Assembly: GCA_951406725.2 (NCBI GenBank)
Contig: OX597822.1
Location: 106,888,001-106,952,000, forward strand
DNA length: 64,000 nt
Origin: Octopus vulgaris
Taxonomy: Eukaryota
Direction of reading: 5' to 3'
Part shown: positions 13,159 to 28,109 of the stretch, piece after piece
Numbering within the stretch: the first letter of the stretch is position 1
Layout: each line of letters starts with the position of its first letter
The notes under the pieces: generated by a model
Databases searched by the model: none
The model's input: only the letters and a program-made list of their open reading frames with translations
Told to the model about the DNA's origin: nothing
Position numbers and translations under genes: made by a program

Positions 13159-13587
13159 CTGACGAAAATTTGTTATCTAGATGAATTCTCTTTATTCAAA
13201 TACAACCAAACATTTAGATCCAAATACAAATATAAAAACAAAAACAAAAAAATCCCCAAATCAGAGAAAAACAAGAATTATCGAATTATCTAACAGAGAT
13301 TAGACATCAAAATGGGTCATATTAATACAAAACAGAGAACATATTATTATTATTATTATTATTATCATTAAGAAGGCTGTTAGCTGGGAGAATCATACTG
13401 CGTCGAGCAAAATGCTTAGTGGTATTTCTTCTGGCCCTTTACGTTCTGAGTTCAAATGCCGTCAAGGTCGACTTTACCTTACATCCTACTGGGGCCGATA
13501 GAGTAAGTATTAGTCAAGAACTGGAGTCGATATAATCAACTACTTATCTCTTTCCAAATTTCGGCTCTTGGGCCCATAGCAGAGAGA

Positions 13588-13748
<161 letters not shown>

Positions 13749-13749
<1 letters not shown>

Positions 13750-14036
13750 CAGTGAGAGAGCAGTGCATGTCATCAAAGTGACACTGGGGTAGAATATACG
13801 GAGCCCAGTATATACCCATCATGACTACCCGTCTGATAAGGGTATGGTGATCTCATATCAAGATTAACAGCGCGTGACCTTGCAGGTGGGGGTCCAGTTA
13901 GAATTTTCTTCTCGTTGAGTAACACATCCTGCTCAAAAGGTCCCTGAATAAGGTTTGTTTAAGGATGTTGAACAAAACACCCATGTTTCCAGAGGTGAAT
14001 TATTCAAACCCCAAAGAATTCCTCTCAACACATGGT
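13749..14036 (-). mobile_element. Repeat family D copy
   Basis: Same terminus, directly after the 160-bp (ATT)n tract. Confidence 0.8.
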
Positions 14037-14087
14037 GCTGAATTCGTTGTTTTGATAGACATATAATATAAAGGATTATTATTATTG

Positions 14088-14478
14088 GATGGAAGCACTC
14101 CGTCGGTTACGACGACGAGGGTTCCGGTTGATCCGAATCAACGGAACAGCCTGCTCGTGAAATTAACGTGTAAGTGGCTGAGCACTCCACAGACACGTGT
14201 ACCCTTAACGTAGTTCTCGGGGATATTCAGCGTGACACAGAGAGAGTGACAAGGCCGGCCCTTTGAAATACAAGGTACAACAGAAACAGGAAGTAAGAGT
14301 GAGAGAAAGTTGTGGTGAAAGAGTACAGCAGGGATCACCACCATCCCCTGCCGGAGCCTCGTGGAGCTTTAGGTGTTTTCGCTCAATAAACACTCACAAC
14401 GTCCCGGTCTGGGAATCGAAACCGCGATCCTATGACCGCGAGTCCGCTGCCCTAACCACTGGGCCATTGCGCCTCCAC
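14088..14478 (-). mobile_element. SINE family C (tail type 2)
   Basis: Same head as 7811-8114 with a different 3' body, which is shared with 57620-58009. Confidence 0.88.
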
Positions 14479-14499
14479 ATTATTATTATTATTGTTTTA

Positions 14500-14950
14500 C
14501 TTCTCAGAGCGCCCGGACTTGTTTGTTCTGTTATGCTCTAGCATCTGATCTGTTTGGATTGGGAAATCTTAGAGGATTTTCCTAGTTTCCGACTCTGCCA
14601 TTCTCTGCGGTTTGTGCTCACAACACGTCTTGCCTCTCTCCAGCCCCCCCCCTTTTTGCACAGTTTCCAATGCAGCACCTTCGCTACCTGGTCGTGTCAC
14701 CACAACTGGTAGTGGTTTCGGGGAAGTCTAGGGCAATCGTTCGTGATATGGACAATGGTTTCATCCACTCTGTTCCAGATGCAGCACATCGGAGACACTT
14801 GCTCATTCTTAAGGTTGATGCTCCAGTTCGTGGCCAAAGCTTGGTCTTGAGCTGCCAGTACAGTGCTCTCGGTTTATTTTTCAGTGTTCCTTTCATCAGC
14901 CTAATCCTATTTTTTCCAGCAACTTCTGTTGTGACTACATGGAATTGATT
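14500..14950 (-). mobile_element. R4/Dong-clade fragment, different subfamily
   Basis: Minus frame reads TESTVLAAQDQALATN...DETIVHITNDC...HDQVAKVLHWKLC. Confidence 0.7.
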
Positions 14951-14974
14951 GTGTAGTCTCTTTATTATTATCAT

Positions 14975-16995
14975 TTAGTAGTCTTATTTTTATCACCTGC
15001 TTTCATTGCGCTACCGAGCGCAGCTCTGTGTGCCTCGGGTATGTGCTGTGGTTTGTTGTGATGCTCTTATGGTTACTGTATTGAAGGAATTTTCCACAAG
15101 ATGTGTGCGGTGTCTAGTAGTGCTATTTTCTGTATGCTAATATATATTTGTTAGACCTATGTTTTTGTTACGTATTTGTTTGAATATGTTTTTATCATAC
15201 CTAATGCGCTTATTATGATAGGAATTGTTTCTGTTTTTAGACTCTACATTTGAGTTAGCGCTATTTCCAGGTCTTTGTCTTTTGAAAGTTTCCCCATTTC
15301 TTTTAGAGAAACGTTGTCATCTGTTGGTATTGAGACCTCAGTTAGAAAGCATTTTTTCTTGATGATCTCTGACTACTATATCTGGCCTATTGACCTTAAT
15401 TTTCTATCTGTTTACATGTATGTATTGGCATACCCATATTATGGTTGCTTTTTCGTTTTCTGTGACCTTTTCTGGCGTGTACTTATACCATCTTCTTTCT
15501 GTTGTTATTCCATAATGTTGGCATAGCTTCCAGTGTATGTAGGTTCCAACTCTGTCGTGTCTGTGAATATATTTCTTCTTAGCCAGGAGTGGGCAGCCAG
15601 AGACAATATGATTTATTGTTTCTTCTCCATCTCCATATATTCTGCATTTACTTGTTATGTTTCTTTTCCTTATATGTTTCTTATAATTTCTGGTGGTAAG
15701 GCTTTGGTCTTGTGCTGCAATTAAAAATCCTTCAGTCCCTGCTTTGAGTCCTGAGCTTCTCAGCCATTGTTGGGATTTTGCCTTGTCTATTTCTTTTCTG
15801 TTTAGCTTAACCCAGTATTTGATATGAAGGGGCTTTTCTTGCAATCGTTTTATCATGATCCGTTGCTGTCCAGTTTTTGTTTGGATTCCAGTTGTTCTAC
15901 AGCTTTTGTTGTTTCTTCTTTTTCTTCATTATTGTTAGATAGTATAACTTCTTGTTTGTATTTGTCAGCTTCCTTAAAGACTGAAAATAGTTTTATGTCT
16001 TATTCGTGTTTTGTGGCTATTTGTATTAGTATTCCTTGCTTTTTGAAGTAGGTATTTTTGAAGTCATATGGTGGTCATTTTGTAATAGCTTTCTAGCTAT
16101 ATAAGGCACCTATCACATTTCTATACGTTGCACATATAACTTTTCTATGTTAGATTATGGGTGGTGCTTTCTAAATCCTGTCATACTTTTTCTTGTTTTC
16201 CTGTCTAGTTTGATTAGTTCATTCAGTGTCCAGTTAAAGATATTCTAGCTATAACTTATAACTGAGACGAGTAGAGTTTTGATACCTATTATCGTGTTTT
16301 TCGCATTGAGCTCTGTTTTCAGTATTAATCTAACTCGTCAATAGTATTCTTTTATTATTTTCCCTTTCATTTGTTTGTGTTGTATCGTATCTAGGTCATT
16401 GATTCACAAGTATTTGTATGTATGGCTTTGATCTAATTCTCATATTTCATTTAATTTATCTAGTGTGATGTTGCTACTCTTAACTAGTTTTCTTCTTTTC
16501 AAGGCTGCTTTGACACATTTTTCGAAGCCAAATTTCATGTTTATTTCTTTAGTAAATCCATGTACAGTCTGTAGCAATGTTTCCAGCTGTTTATCATTTG
16601 TAGCATAGAATTTTAGGTAATCCATATATAAGAGTTGGCTGATTGTTTTGCCGTAATAGTTATGTCCACATCCGGTTCTGTTGAGTAAGTCAGATAACGG
16701 TGTCAGTTCCAAGTAGAAAAGGAATGGAGAGAGTGTCTCTCACTGAAATATTCCTCTTCCAATGGGGATGGCTATGACTTTTATGAGTCCCTCTTTTGTC
16801 TGGAGATGTAGTACTGTCTGTCATTTATTCATGGAGTGTGTTATATATTTTATGATTATTGGTACTATACTGTTCATGGCTTGTGTTTCTAGGATCCAAA
16901 TGTGAGGAATACAATCTAGGATCCATATGTGGGGAATACAATCAAAAGCCTTTTCGTAGTTGATTCAGGCCATAACCCCCTTCTTTTATTCAGTT
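14975..16995 (-). mobile_element. R4/Dong-clade element, second copy of the same family including the 3' UTR
   Basis: ORFs 16440..16712 and 15404..15856 closely match the 32-33 kb copy. The 3' UTR (cacagagctgcgctcggtag) matches 51850-51870, and the element ends in TAA repeats. Confidence 0.9.
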
Positions 16996-16999
16996 ATGG

Positions 17000-17280
17000 C
17001 TTTATTTATCATTAGTTGATCTTTCTAGCCGTATGAGCCCTTGCAGCATCCCATCTTTGCCACAATTCATTCTTTTCACATACAGTCTGTTTACGTGTGC
17101 TTCAGGGTGTAGCACCTCATGCAGCACCATCGACTTTCTCGTCCTTCTATCCAGTGTTGATATTTCCTCCTTAGTCCATTTGAATATCAACGCACTATAT
17201 TTGACCAGCGCGACTGCCCAGATATTCATTGTGGTAATCAAACTTTCGGCATTCAAGTTGGATTTCAACACCATCATCAC
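17000..17280 (-). mobile_element. R4/Dong-clade fragment, different subfamily, abutting (TAA)n
   Basis: ORF 17002..17280 reads LNAESLITTMNIWAV...WTKEEISTLDRRTRK...HP..VNRLYVKR, the RT thumb region. Confidence 0.75.
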
Positions 17281-17291
17281 GCTTTTTTTTA

Positions 17292-17352
<61 letters not shown>

Positions 17353-17449
17353 TTTATTTTTTTTTATTTTTTTATTATTATTCTTTGTGGTCGATAAATT
17401 AAGAACAAATCAACTGTTGGGTTCAATGCTACCAACTAACTCTCACAAG

Positions 17450-18350
17450 AATCTAAAATGATTGCTATTATCCTTATGGTGCGAGGATGAAACAGGAATA
17501 AAGAATGGTTGGTCACAGTGCACAATAAAAAAATCATGTTATTAGTATAGTCACGATATAGACTAGATGTTGGTATAAGAAAACTGAGAATAACGGAGTT
17601 TAACACGAAAATAATCAAAGGATTTATGATAATCATTTAATAAAGATCTAATGGATAGATGGTTGCCAAGCCACATAAATATGTGAATATCAGTTACATG
17701 TATAGATATATGTACTCCATTCTATTCTCACGTATTAAACAAGGGCAGCTGTGAAAAATAATATCAGAAAAAACAAAGATGACAACAGAATAAATGTAAG
17801 AAGAAAAATAAAAAGAATATAAATTAGAAACTAATTTTAAAAAATGGAATATGAAAAATAAATTAAATTGAATATGCCAGAAAGAATTAGTTGTATTGGA
17901 GATAAAGAATAAAACAGAGATTTTATGAACATAAATCAAGTAATAGAAATATACAATGCATAATTGTATTAAAAATGAGATTTATATTATAAAATAAATG
18001 ATGAGAGAATAAACTAGAGAGAAATATTTGTAAGAGTCGGATATAGAATAAGATAGATGAGCTGCCAGCATTGATGAGATAATATCCATATATAAATCAA
18101 ACTGTATATGTAGATGATACATTATAAATAAATGTATGCAAACGTAATGATTGTGGCAAATGGAGAAGAAAGGATATAGGTACGAAGAGGAGGGTCATTG
18201 ATACTGGAAAACAAAGAGGTATGGAATGCATAATCGATTGATAAACAAAGAGATATACAGCAGCACTCAGTCAATTAATAAATTATATGCCAGTTGAATG
18301 TTCCCAATCAGTTGTAAAATTGAGTTTGAAAAGGTTAGTGTTCATATGAT
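17450..18350 (-). mobile_element. Possible highly decayed retroelement (Penelope-like RT) remnant
   Basis: Weak residual peptides on the minus strand (LNFTTD; YLSFFS..H); no intact ORF. Confidence 0.25.
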
Positions 18351-18408
18351 TAATGTAAAAACCGTCACATCCACAGGGGAGAGCAAGGATATATATATAT
18401 CTATATAT

Positions 18409-18830
18409 AGGCGCAGGAGTGGCTGTGTGGTAAGTAGCTTGCTAACCAACCACATGGTTCCATGTTCAGTCCCACTGCGTAGCATCTTGGGCAAGTGTCT
18501 TCTGCTATAGCCCCGGGCCGACCAATGCCTTGTGAGTGGATTTGGTAGACGGAAACTGAAAGAAGCCTGTCGTATATATGTATATATATGTATATGTATG
18601 TATGTGTATGTGTTTGTGTGTCTGTGTTTGTACCCCTAACATTGCTTGACAACCGATGCTGGTGTGTTTACGTCCCCGTCACTTAGCGGTTCGGCAAAAG
18701 AGACCGATAGAATAAGTACTGGGCTTACAAAGAATAAGTCCCGGGGTCGATTTGCTCGACTAAAGGCGGTGCTCCAGCATGGCCGCAGTCAAATGACTGA
18801 AACATGTAAAAGAGTAAAAGAGTAAAAGAG
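18409..18830 (+). mobile_element. SINE family A, full length
   Basis: Near-identical to 7373-7764. Confidence 0.9.
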
Positions 18831-20269
18831 TATGCCTTACTTAGGGTCCGGGGAGTGTCATCGGCAAAAATTTTTTTAACTTTTTGCCTAGGACGAGCCC
18901 ACAGCAATATCATATCTTCTCCACTACGATTCCCTAAAACTTGAGAACTACACAACCAATTTCATTCAAATTTTACACATGCCTTACTTAGGGTCCATGT
19001 AGTTTCATGGGCAAAAAATGTCCAATTTCTTGTCTAGAGCGAGCCCATAGCAATACCATATCTTCTCCACTATTTCAGTATTACGTGTTAAAAGTGAAAC
19101 AAAAACATTTCTCTATTTTATGTCAGATGCTTTCACTTTAACAATAAAAATAATAATAACAATTGAATTATATGTAGTAAGTAATAATTAAAATCAAACT
19201 AAAGTATAATATAATCGTAACATAACAAAAGTCAAAATAGCAATTGGTATAAAATTGCATCAATGACTTGAACTTGAATAAGTGGTTTCACATGAATGGG
19301 AATAAATTGAAAATAAAATTAGCGTGCAGAAATGGAATAGTCCAGATGGACTAGTATACATAAAGGACTATAGCTTCAACTGCGTACTGTTGTTATTATT
19401 ATTACTGTTTAACTATTGTTATCACGTTTGTTGGTTCCTCGTAAGGGAAACGTTGTTGTGTAGCATTTGTTAAATAATTGTAAACTGTAACCCTCCCCCT
19501 TTGGGAGAAGGAGCTTTGGTTATTGTTTAAAAATTGAATTGTATCCCTGTTTGGGGAAATTGACAATATTTTCACCGTTTACACGGAAGCATTTTTGTTA
19601 GACTGCCTTCGATAGAAGAAAGTCCAAAAATGAATTTCGCTGCAGCCGTCATTAAAATTAAAATGGAAGAAATACAAACCTATTTCGGATTGATTACCGA
19701 CAAAGACGGTGAATTTAGGATAACACCAGCAAACGAAATAAAAAATTAAATTAAAGATAAGACTATTGTCTATAAAGTATACAATGTAGAGAAAAAAAAA
19801 GATTTGAACACCTGGAGGAAAGCACCATCGAAAAGTGTCTTGGTTTGACTATGAAAGATATCTAACCACAATAGTGGTCAACGGAGCGTGCAAGGGAGTA
19901 CTCGACTCGAACCTTGCAAAGTGGTAATATTTTATTTTTACCTTTATATCTGGGACGTAGGACGTCCCGGCTAAAAATTTAAAATATTCCCCCTGAAGTA
20001 GAGGTAGGCTGGATTGTAGCCACACTTCTATACAAGGGGGAGGACAAGATCCAATTGATCGAAATTGCAAGAGACGAGCCTACAATTCCAGTCTGTTATA
20101 TATTTTGAGTATTGTTATCACTAGCGATATCAAGATATAACTTTGTATTTTGTATTTTATGTGTAGATGTATATATATGGAAGTACATGTAATATGTACA
20201 TATATATATATATACATATATATATGCACTAGCACTATGACCCGGCAAGGACGTGTGTGTGTGTGTGTG

Positions 20270-20577
20270 TGTGGAGGCGCAATGGCCCAGTGGTTAGGGC
20301 AGAGGACTCGCGGTCGTAGGATCGCGGTTTCGATTCCCAGACCGGGCGTTGTGAGTGTTTATTGAGCGAAAACACCTCAAGCTCCACGAGGCTCTGGCAG
20401 GGGGTGGTGGCGATCCCTGCTGTACTCTTTCGCCACAACTTTCTCTCACTCTTTTTGGCGTGCTCGCTTAGCCAGCGGGGTGGCGTCATTTGAAGGTTAA
20501 AAACAATGCGAAGCGCATTGTGACCAGTGATGTGCCACAACATCTGATAGCTTGGTCGGTTACGGAGATCACGGTGA
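20270..20577 (+). mobile_element. SINE family C (tail type 1)
   Basis: Forward copy ending gatcacggtgat. Confidence 0.88.
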
Positions 20578-20597
20578 TATATATATATATATATATA

Positions 20598-20850
20598 TGT
20601 GGAGGGACGTGGCTTAGTGGTTAACGTGGCAGCATCATGATCGTAAGATTGTGGTTTCGCTTCCTGGACCGGGCGACGCGTTGTGTTCTTGAGCAAAACA
20701 CTTCATTTCACGTTGCTCCAGTCCACCCAGCTGGCAAAAATGAGTAACGCTGCGATGGACTGGCGTCCCGTCCAGCTGGGGAAGACATACGCCATTGAAA
20801 CTGCGAAACCGGACCCATGAGCCTGGCTAGACTTTAAAAGGACGCATGTA
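20598..20850 (+). mobile_element. SINE family C relative (tail type 3)
   Basis: tRNA-like head, ttcttgagcaaaacactt core, and ctgcgatggactggcgtcccgtccag segment. Confidence 0.75.
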
Positions 20851-20852
20851 TT

Positions 20853-20902
<50 letters not shown>

Positions 20903-22078
20903 TACGAAGGTGGCTAATAGCAATTTAGAAATAAATGCAACAAGCATAGTCGTCATACATACATACATACATACATACATACACATATATACATACATAA
21001 ATATTTGCGCACATATGTAGACATATTAAAATTCATATATGAATATACATAAATGCATACAGATATAAATATATGTCATTTTTGAGAAAGTTTGTGTATT
21101 TGTTCATCTCCAGTCTCTCTCTTTTGTCTGTAGTTATTGCCTGGATCTCTGTTGCCACCACAGTGCTAAACCCATATATTTTACTATTCTACGGCTTCCT
21201 GCTTTTCATTGAAAGCGTTGACGATTTTAGTCTTTTCTTTTATCTCTATTTCTCTCACTTTATTTCTTGCCTGAAGCTCTGCTTCCGCTACAGTGTTGAA
21301 TATGTATGTATTACTTCACAATCTCTTCCTCCACCTCATTGAAAGCTTTGCCGCTTTTAGTCTTTTCTTACCTATTTCCTTTTCTCTCTCTTGCTCTCGC
21401 TTCATTACCAGCTATTTATCTTTCTCCTCCGTATTTTCCTCCTCTCTCTCACCACTTTGCAACCATCCAACACTTATTCTTCTTTTCTGCAGCTTACTCT
21501 CTTTATCTTTGTCCCATACTTTCTGCTTTTCTTTATCTCTCTCGTTCTTTGTTCTATACTTTATTCTCCCTAATTGTCTTTTGATTCTTTCTATCACCCC
21601 ATTACTCATCTTCTACTTCCCTTCAACTACTTCTCTTTTATTCGATCCCATTCTTATTTTTTCCTTTTTCTTCAGATTTTATTCCTTTTTAGAATTATTT
21701 AAAAGCTAAAAATTTCAAAAATAAAAGATAAAATATGTTCAATTACAATTTTAAATTAAATAAATTCTTTTCACTCTCACTCAATCTTGTATTTTTTGTG
21801 TTATATATTTGAATTAGATGTATATCATTTACACAATTATTTTATGAAACAAACCATTCACACCGAGCGAGAATCTTAAAGCAAGATACTTTAGACACCA
21901 ATCTGCTATCTGCTATAAATATAATGGAAAACAAGTTAAATTTTTACTTGCAAGCTAATTCTTCAAGAGAAAACCAAGTGTTCTATTAAACCTAATATAT
22001 CTTCATTAGGCATAATTCTGGTTCATAAATATAAGTACTTTTAGCCTGGAAAACACTGAATGTTCTTTTAACACACAC

Positions 22079-22114
<36 letters not shown>

Positions 22115-22204
22115 GGAGAGAGAGAGTGAGAGAGAGAGAGAGAGAGTTTTAAGTCACGCATCAAAACAGTTGACACTTTATTGATAATACATTAGTATTG
22201 TCGA

Positions 22205-22245
<41 letters not shown>

Positions 22246-22256
22246 TATCATCATCA

Positions 22257-22299
<43 letters not shown>

Positions 22300-22301
22300 G
22301 A

Positions 22302-22620
22302 TCACCTCCGCCTTCGCTATGGCGCAGGTATTGTTTTCAGTCGTGTTTGTTTGTTTGTTTGTTTGCCTGTCCTTCGACAAGATATCTTCAAGAGCTGCTT
22401 GATGGATTCGGATGGAACTTTCAGGCATGTTTGGCCTCGTGACTGGCACGAACTGATTAAAATTTTGGAATCGATCCGGTACCTGATAAGGATTCTGGAT
22501 TATTCTTCCTGCATTTTTTTTTTACTTTATGAGACCGGCCGTATTCCTTTCTAGTATTCTCGTTTGTCAGAGAAGTCAAGTTTATTTCAGATATTCTCAT
22601 TTTAAAAATAATCTCTGGTT
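22302..22620 (+). mobile_element. Helentron-associated (DINE-like) fragment
   Basis: acctccgcc...ggcgcaggt hairpin followed by (gttt)n, similar to the reverse complement of 28980-29040. Confidence 0.45.
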
Positions 22621-22939
22621 TTAGTTATCGTCTTCAATTTTAGAAAAAATTGAAGCATGTCTGATAATTCTGGAAAGTATTGAACTTATTTTGTGTACGA
22701 CATTCGCTTCACGTTGTATATATATAACCTATGTCGTAGACATATAAAGCTTATTAGATTCTCATGGAAGGTGTTTACATCAACTTGACCAACCCTAAAG
22801 AAGCAAGCAGGCGATCAACAAATCCAGTAGCTAAGGAGAGCTGGACCTACAAATTTATATATTGCAAGTGTCTAACACCATTAATGTTAGGGCCCGACAG
22901 CGGGAAACTCAGTCCACGCAGTATCAAGTTATGATATAA

Positions 22940-23084
22940 TATAAGATTGTCCCAAAAGTTCGTAGAAAGTCTTGGAAAATAATGGCCTTTATTTTGAGGA
23001 ATAATTTTTGTTGTTTTTGTTAGTACTTGGCGAGTAAAAATTCAATTTTCGCAAGTGTTTACGAACTTTTGGGATAACCTAATA
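22940..23084. mobile_element. Mariner-type MITE
   Basis: TIRs ttgtcccaaaagttcgta / tacgaactttttgggataa, flanked by TA. Confidence 0.6.
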
Positions 23085-23151
23085 TATGTAGTAGATATAT
23101 AAAAAGGGCAATACATGTATGTATGTATGTATGTATGTATGTATGTGTGTG

Positions 23152-23413
23152 TGTGAAGGTGCGTAGCTTAGTGGTTGGGCTTTTGCATTCATGATCGCTC
23201 GATCGTGGGTTCGATTCCTTGATTGAGCAGTGCGTTGTGTTCTTGAGCAAAACTCTTCATTATATGTTGCTTCAATCCCCCTTTCGATCAGGCAGGAATG
23301 TTGGCCTACTCGCCTAGCCAGCGGCATGGCGTCATTGGAAGGCTAAAACAATGCAAAAGCGCATTGTGACCAGTTATGTGTAACAACAACTGATAGCCTG
23401 GCTGGTTACGTGA
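23152..23413 (+). mobile_element. Diverged SINE family C (tail type 1)
   Basis: Head and tail similarity to 20270-20577. Confidence 0.75.
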
Positions 23414-23449
23414 TACATACATACATACATACATACATACATACATACA

Positions 23450-23481
<32 letters not shown>

Positions 23482-23483
23482 CG

Positions 23484-23540
<57 letters not shown>

Positions 23541-23755
23541 GTTATTTTCAAGTGAAGATCGCAGAGTATGTTTGTCATGCAAATGTGGAAGCTACTGACA
23601 TTGAAATATACATTACTTACTTATGTATTCAACGCAAAGGTAAACCTATTACTCATATGTTCATTGCATTGTTCGTGTGTGTCCTTATCGTGAGTTTATG
23701 GTAGTTTTGGGAGCATTAGCTCTGACTATAGCAAGTGGTATTATATACCCTACAG

Positions 23756-23814
<59 letters not shown>

Positions 23815-25340
23815 TGATAAAAATGGTAAGACAACAAAAGAATGAAAGAGACCTCGATATCATGTAAATATATATATATATATATATATGCATATGTGAA
23901 ATACATGTAAGGCGGAATAGTCTTCCACTTTGTTGTTTCAATACATACTGGCTGAAATTAGCCAGCTGGCATTAGTGTCTTCATGTGGCTAATATTCTAA
24001 TATTCTATTCTATCTATTTTTCTAGTTTCCATCTCGTTTAGGATCGGCGCACACTGTGCGTTAGCTGATGGAACGTTTGTGAACTTCCCTTTCAAGTTCT
24101 TGGCAAACGTGACGTTTGCAGGCAATCGAATGTTGTGCACTAGCACATACTGCAAATATAATATATAAAACATTGGCTACAATAAGGCAACGTACCCATC
24201 AACTTAATTTTACTAGCGCCAACCAATTACTGAGTAAATTATGGTGGTGGTGGTGGGAGTTCGATCGCAACCTGTATAAACGGTTAAGTTTTAAGTACCA
24301 TCGCAGTGCAATACGAAAAAACAAATACGAACAGAATTGCTTACAAAAATTGAGCTGCATTTTAGCAGATGTCATTCGACACTGATGACTGTTGAACCGA
24401 AGCGATTCTTTGCTCTGAACTTAGCGCAAGCACCGCCTCATTACACATGTACGAACACACACGTACAAAGAGATTTCAAAGTTTCCATTTGTCAAATCCA
24501 CTTCGGGGGCCTTGATCTGTCCTGGGTTATATAGTAGACGACACGTTCCCAAGGCACCGTGCTCGGATTGAACTCGAAACTTCCAAGCTGTAAAGCGAAC
24601 TTTTTAACCACATAGCCATACCGGCACTCTGTTAGTTATTTAATCTTGTGCTCGTCATCAGTATATTTCTGAGAAATATCTACAGCTTTTCCTTCTACAA
24701 AAGGGAGAGAGAGAGAAAGCGAGAGAGAGAGAGAGAGAGAAAGAGAGAGGGAAAGAGAGAGAAGGAAAGAGAAAGAGAAAGGAGGGTTAATTATCAGTCA
24801 AATGAATCGACTCTCATATGTTACTAGCATTTAACTTATTGAATTTTAAGAAATAATGCAATAAATAGTCTGACAGAATGATTTGTATTTGACTACAGGG
24901 CATACATAGTTTGGGACCATATGTTGTACAGATCCTGACGAAATATATTGACAGCACTTAGAAAAAGTTAGAAACATTTCAAATAACCTCAAATGTTTAA
25001 AACGACAGAGTGAAAGAGATTTAGAAGCTATTTAACAACCAGCCTGGGTTTGAGGATATTGAGTGGTAGCAGAATTTCGTCGGATATTAAAATAGTCTGA
25101 ATGTTTTGTAGGATATTAACAATGCATTCAGAGATGATTAAACTGTCGCATTGGTTTAGGGGATATTAACGAGTCGCAGAAACGTGGAGGATATTAAACT
25201 GTCTGAATGGATTAGAGAATATTAACTAGCGAAAGAAACGCTGAAAGAGGGAAAAAAAATTATTTTTATTTTACGCCATTAATCAAGATTTGCAACAAAT
25301 AATTATTTTTATATATATTAATTGTTGGCAAGAATGTATG

Positions 25341-25375
<35 letters not shown>

Positions 25376-25638
25376 ACCTGCACGCCTGTCTCCTTGCCTA
25401 CTAGCTTGTCTGCATACCTACCTACCTACCTACTTGTTTGTATATTTGTATGTATGTATGTATGTATGTATGTATGTATGTATGTATGTATGTATCTATG
25501 TATGTATGTGTATGCATTTATGCATGACTGTATGTATGTATGAAAGTATATATGTATGCACAAGTGTCGTGCGTTGAGACTCTCGTCTAACCTTTTCTAA
25601 CCCTTGTTGATATGTGTGTGTGTGTGTGTGTGTGTTTG

Positions 25639-25683
<45 letters not shown>

Positions 25684-25754
25684 TGTTTAACTATACCTGT
25701 TAGTACCGTTACTACTCTGATTTCTTCTTCAGATTTTTGCAACTTGGTATTTTG

Positions 25755-25795
<41 letters not shown>

Positions 25796-25847
25796 AAATA
25801 TATATACATATATATGTATAAATATATATACATACATATATATATTT

Positions 25848-25894
<47 letters not shown>

Positions 25895-26251
25895 CATATA
25901 TATATATACGTATATATATATATATAAATACATATACACATATATATACATATAAATAAATATACATATATATATTCATATATATTTAAGTACACATATA
26001 TATGTATATATGTATGTATGCATATATATATTTATGTATGCATATATATATTTATGTATGCATATATATATATATATATGTATATCTGTTTATGTATGTA
26101 TGTATATGTATGTATATGTATCTATCTATCCATCTATCTATCTATCTTTATCCTTAGCTCTCAGTGTGAATGAGTTGATAGACAACCAAACGTAGAGACG
26201 TTTCATTTCTACAGAAAACTATAGGAATGTCAATGAAAGTTTAGCTGAACG

Positions 26252-26318
<67 letters not shown>

Positions 26319-26856
26319 TGTTATTATTATTACTGCTACTAAACTGCAACATCAAAATAAACTGAATGAACGTAAAGCGCTCTCCAATGAAATGAGGTAC
26401 AAAACGAACATAATATAACAGAAATTGTCCCATGATAGCAACTACTGCCACCTACATAAATACACAATACGAATTTTACTGCGTTTAGCCGAAACTTTAA
26501 CGAGATCTAAATGCCGCCTGTGTATGCCTGTCATTACTTACTCTCCAATCTTAATAGCTTTATTTGTATTATATTAGCTATATTTTTCTTTCTATAGCAT
26601 TCAAAGCAGCTAATATTGTTTATCAATGGACAGTATTTAGAATAAAGTTCTAAAAGTAAAACCTCTGAGTTATCGTCGTCTCTGGTTACATAATCTATCG
26701 AAAAATAATTCCACTAGAGTTTCATATACGTGGCTAAACTGGCCTGTCAACAGCTGGGAGAGTCTTCATTCAGTTCGAGAGACATTCTAATCTCACTAAT
26801 TCAGCTGTCACATTGCACACACGTACTCGCACACACATACACATAGATAGAAATAC

Positions 26857-26888
<32 letters not shown>

Positions 26889-28109
26889 GCATACATACAT
26901 ATATATGTATACATACATATATAGGTATACATACACACACATACATATATATGTATACATACACACACATACACACATACATACATATATATGTATACAT
27001 ACATACATACATATATATGTATACATATATATATATATATATGTATATAGATACACACACATACATATATATGTATACATACACACACATACATATGTAT
27101 GTATACATACATATATATGTATACACAAACATACACATATATGTATATAGTGTATGTGTGTGTGATCCAGTAAATCATTCTCGTGGTATAAAAGAGAATC
27201 GTTCGAGAATTGTTGTTATTGTTCGGTTTCTATGGCTTCTATTCGCCAAACTATCGATTACCGCATCAGTTCTGCATAAATCAGACAACTTTAATGGTTA
27301 GATTTACTCAAGTGAAATAAAACATAAATCGACATAATTCTAAGTTATAAAACAGTTCTGTGCCAGTTACGAAATCTCCTATTACTGCAGGTTTTCACTG
27401 AAATCTTTGCTAAATATTTCCTATTTTCAAAATGTCCCTGTTCGTTCAAGTGCGTAGGAAGATTACAGCAATAAAACTATAAGGAAAAAAAAAAAAAGAA
27501 GAAAAAATCCAAACAAAACGTAATGCCGACACCATCTGTAAGAATTTCCTTCTTGTTTTTATGATTTAACGACAGTTTATTTCCGCCATTGACGTGAAAG
27601 AACTCCAAACCTTTTATGCTCAATTGCTAAAGAAAAAGAATGTTAAAAGCAAGAATAAAAGCTACCAACAGCAGCGGCCATATTTATGAGTACTCTGTAA
27701 ACCAGATTAACAGAGAGGTTGAGAAATAACAACTGATATAACTACAACAGTTTAATTTAAGGGCTTTTTATTGTTTCATGTTCAAACTATAGATTGATTA
27801 TCCATTTCTTTTGACTAAATTTCCATGCATAATTAGATGCTGATAAAGAGATAATTAAAACTTTTTGTATGACAATCATGTCACTATTATTTAATTGCAA
27901 GAATTGAATCGTTATACATTAATTTAACATGCAGAACGAGTGTCCAGACCCATAATTATCTGTCTATAGGAATGAATAATCTTAATACATTAAAGCAGGC
28001 ATGGAAACAGCTTTTTCAGAAGCGGGCCGCATGGCTCGTAATTAGGCGGGTCGTACAACGTAAAACTCTCTCCACTGAAGAAGGTACAAAGCGAACATAG
28101 TATATAGAA

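Noticed and set aside
25052-25240. Repeat-spacer look reminiscent of CRISPR
   Set aside because: The anchor is only about 9 bp, the spacers are related to one another, the context is a eukaryotic intron, and there are no cas genes.
25700-25745. CTGAAGA...GAAA on the minus strand between TA tracts as a hammerhead
   Set aside because: No stem II between the motifs and no convincing stem I.
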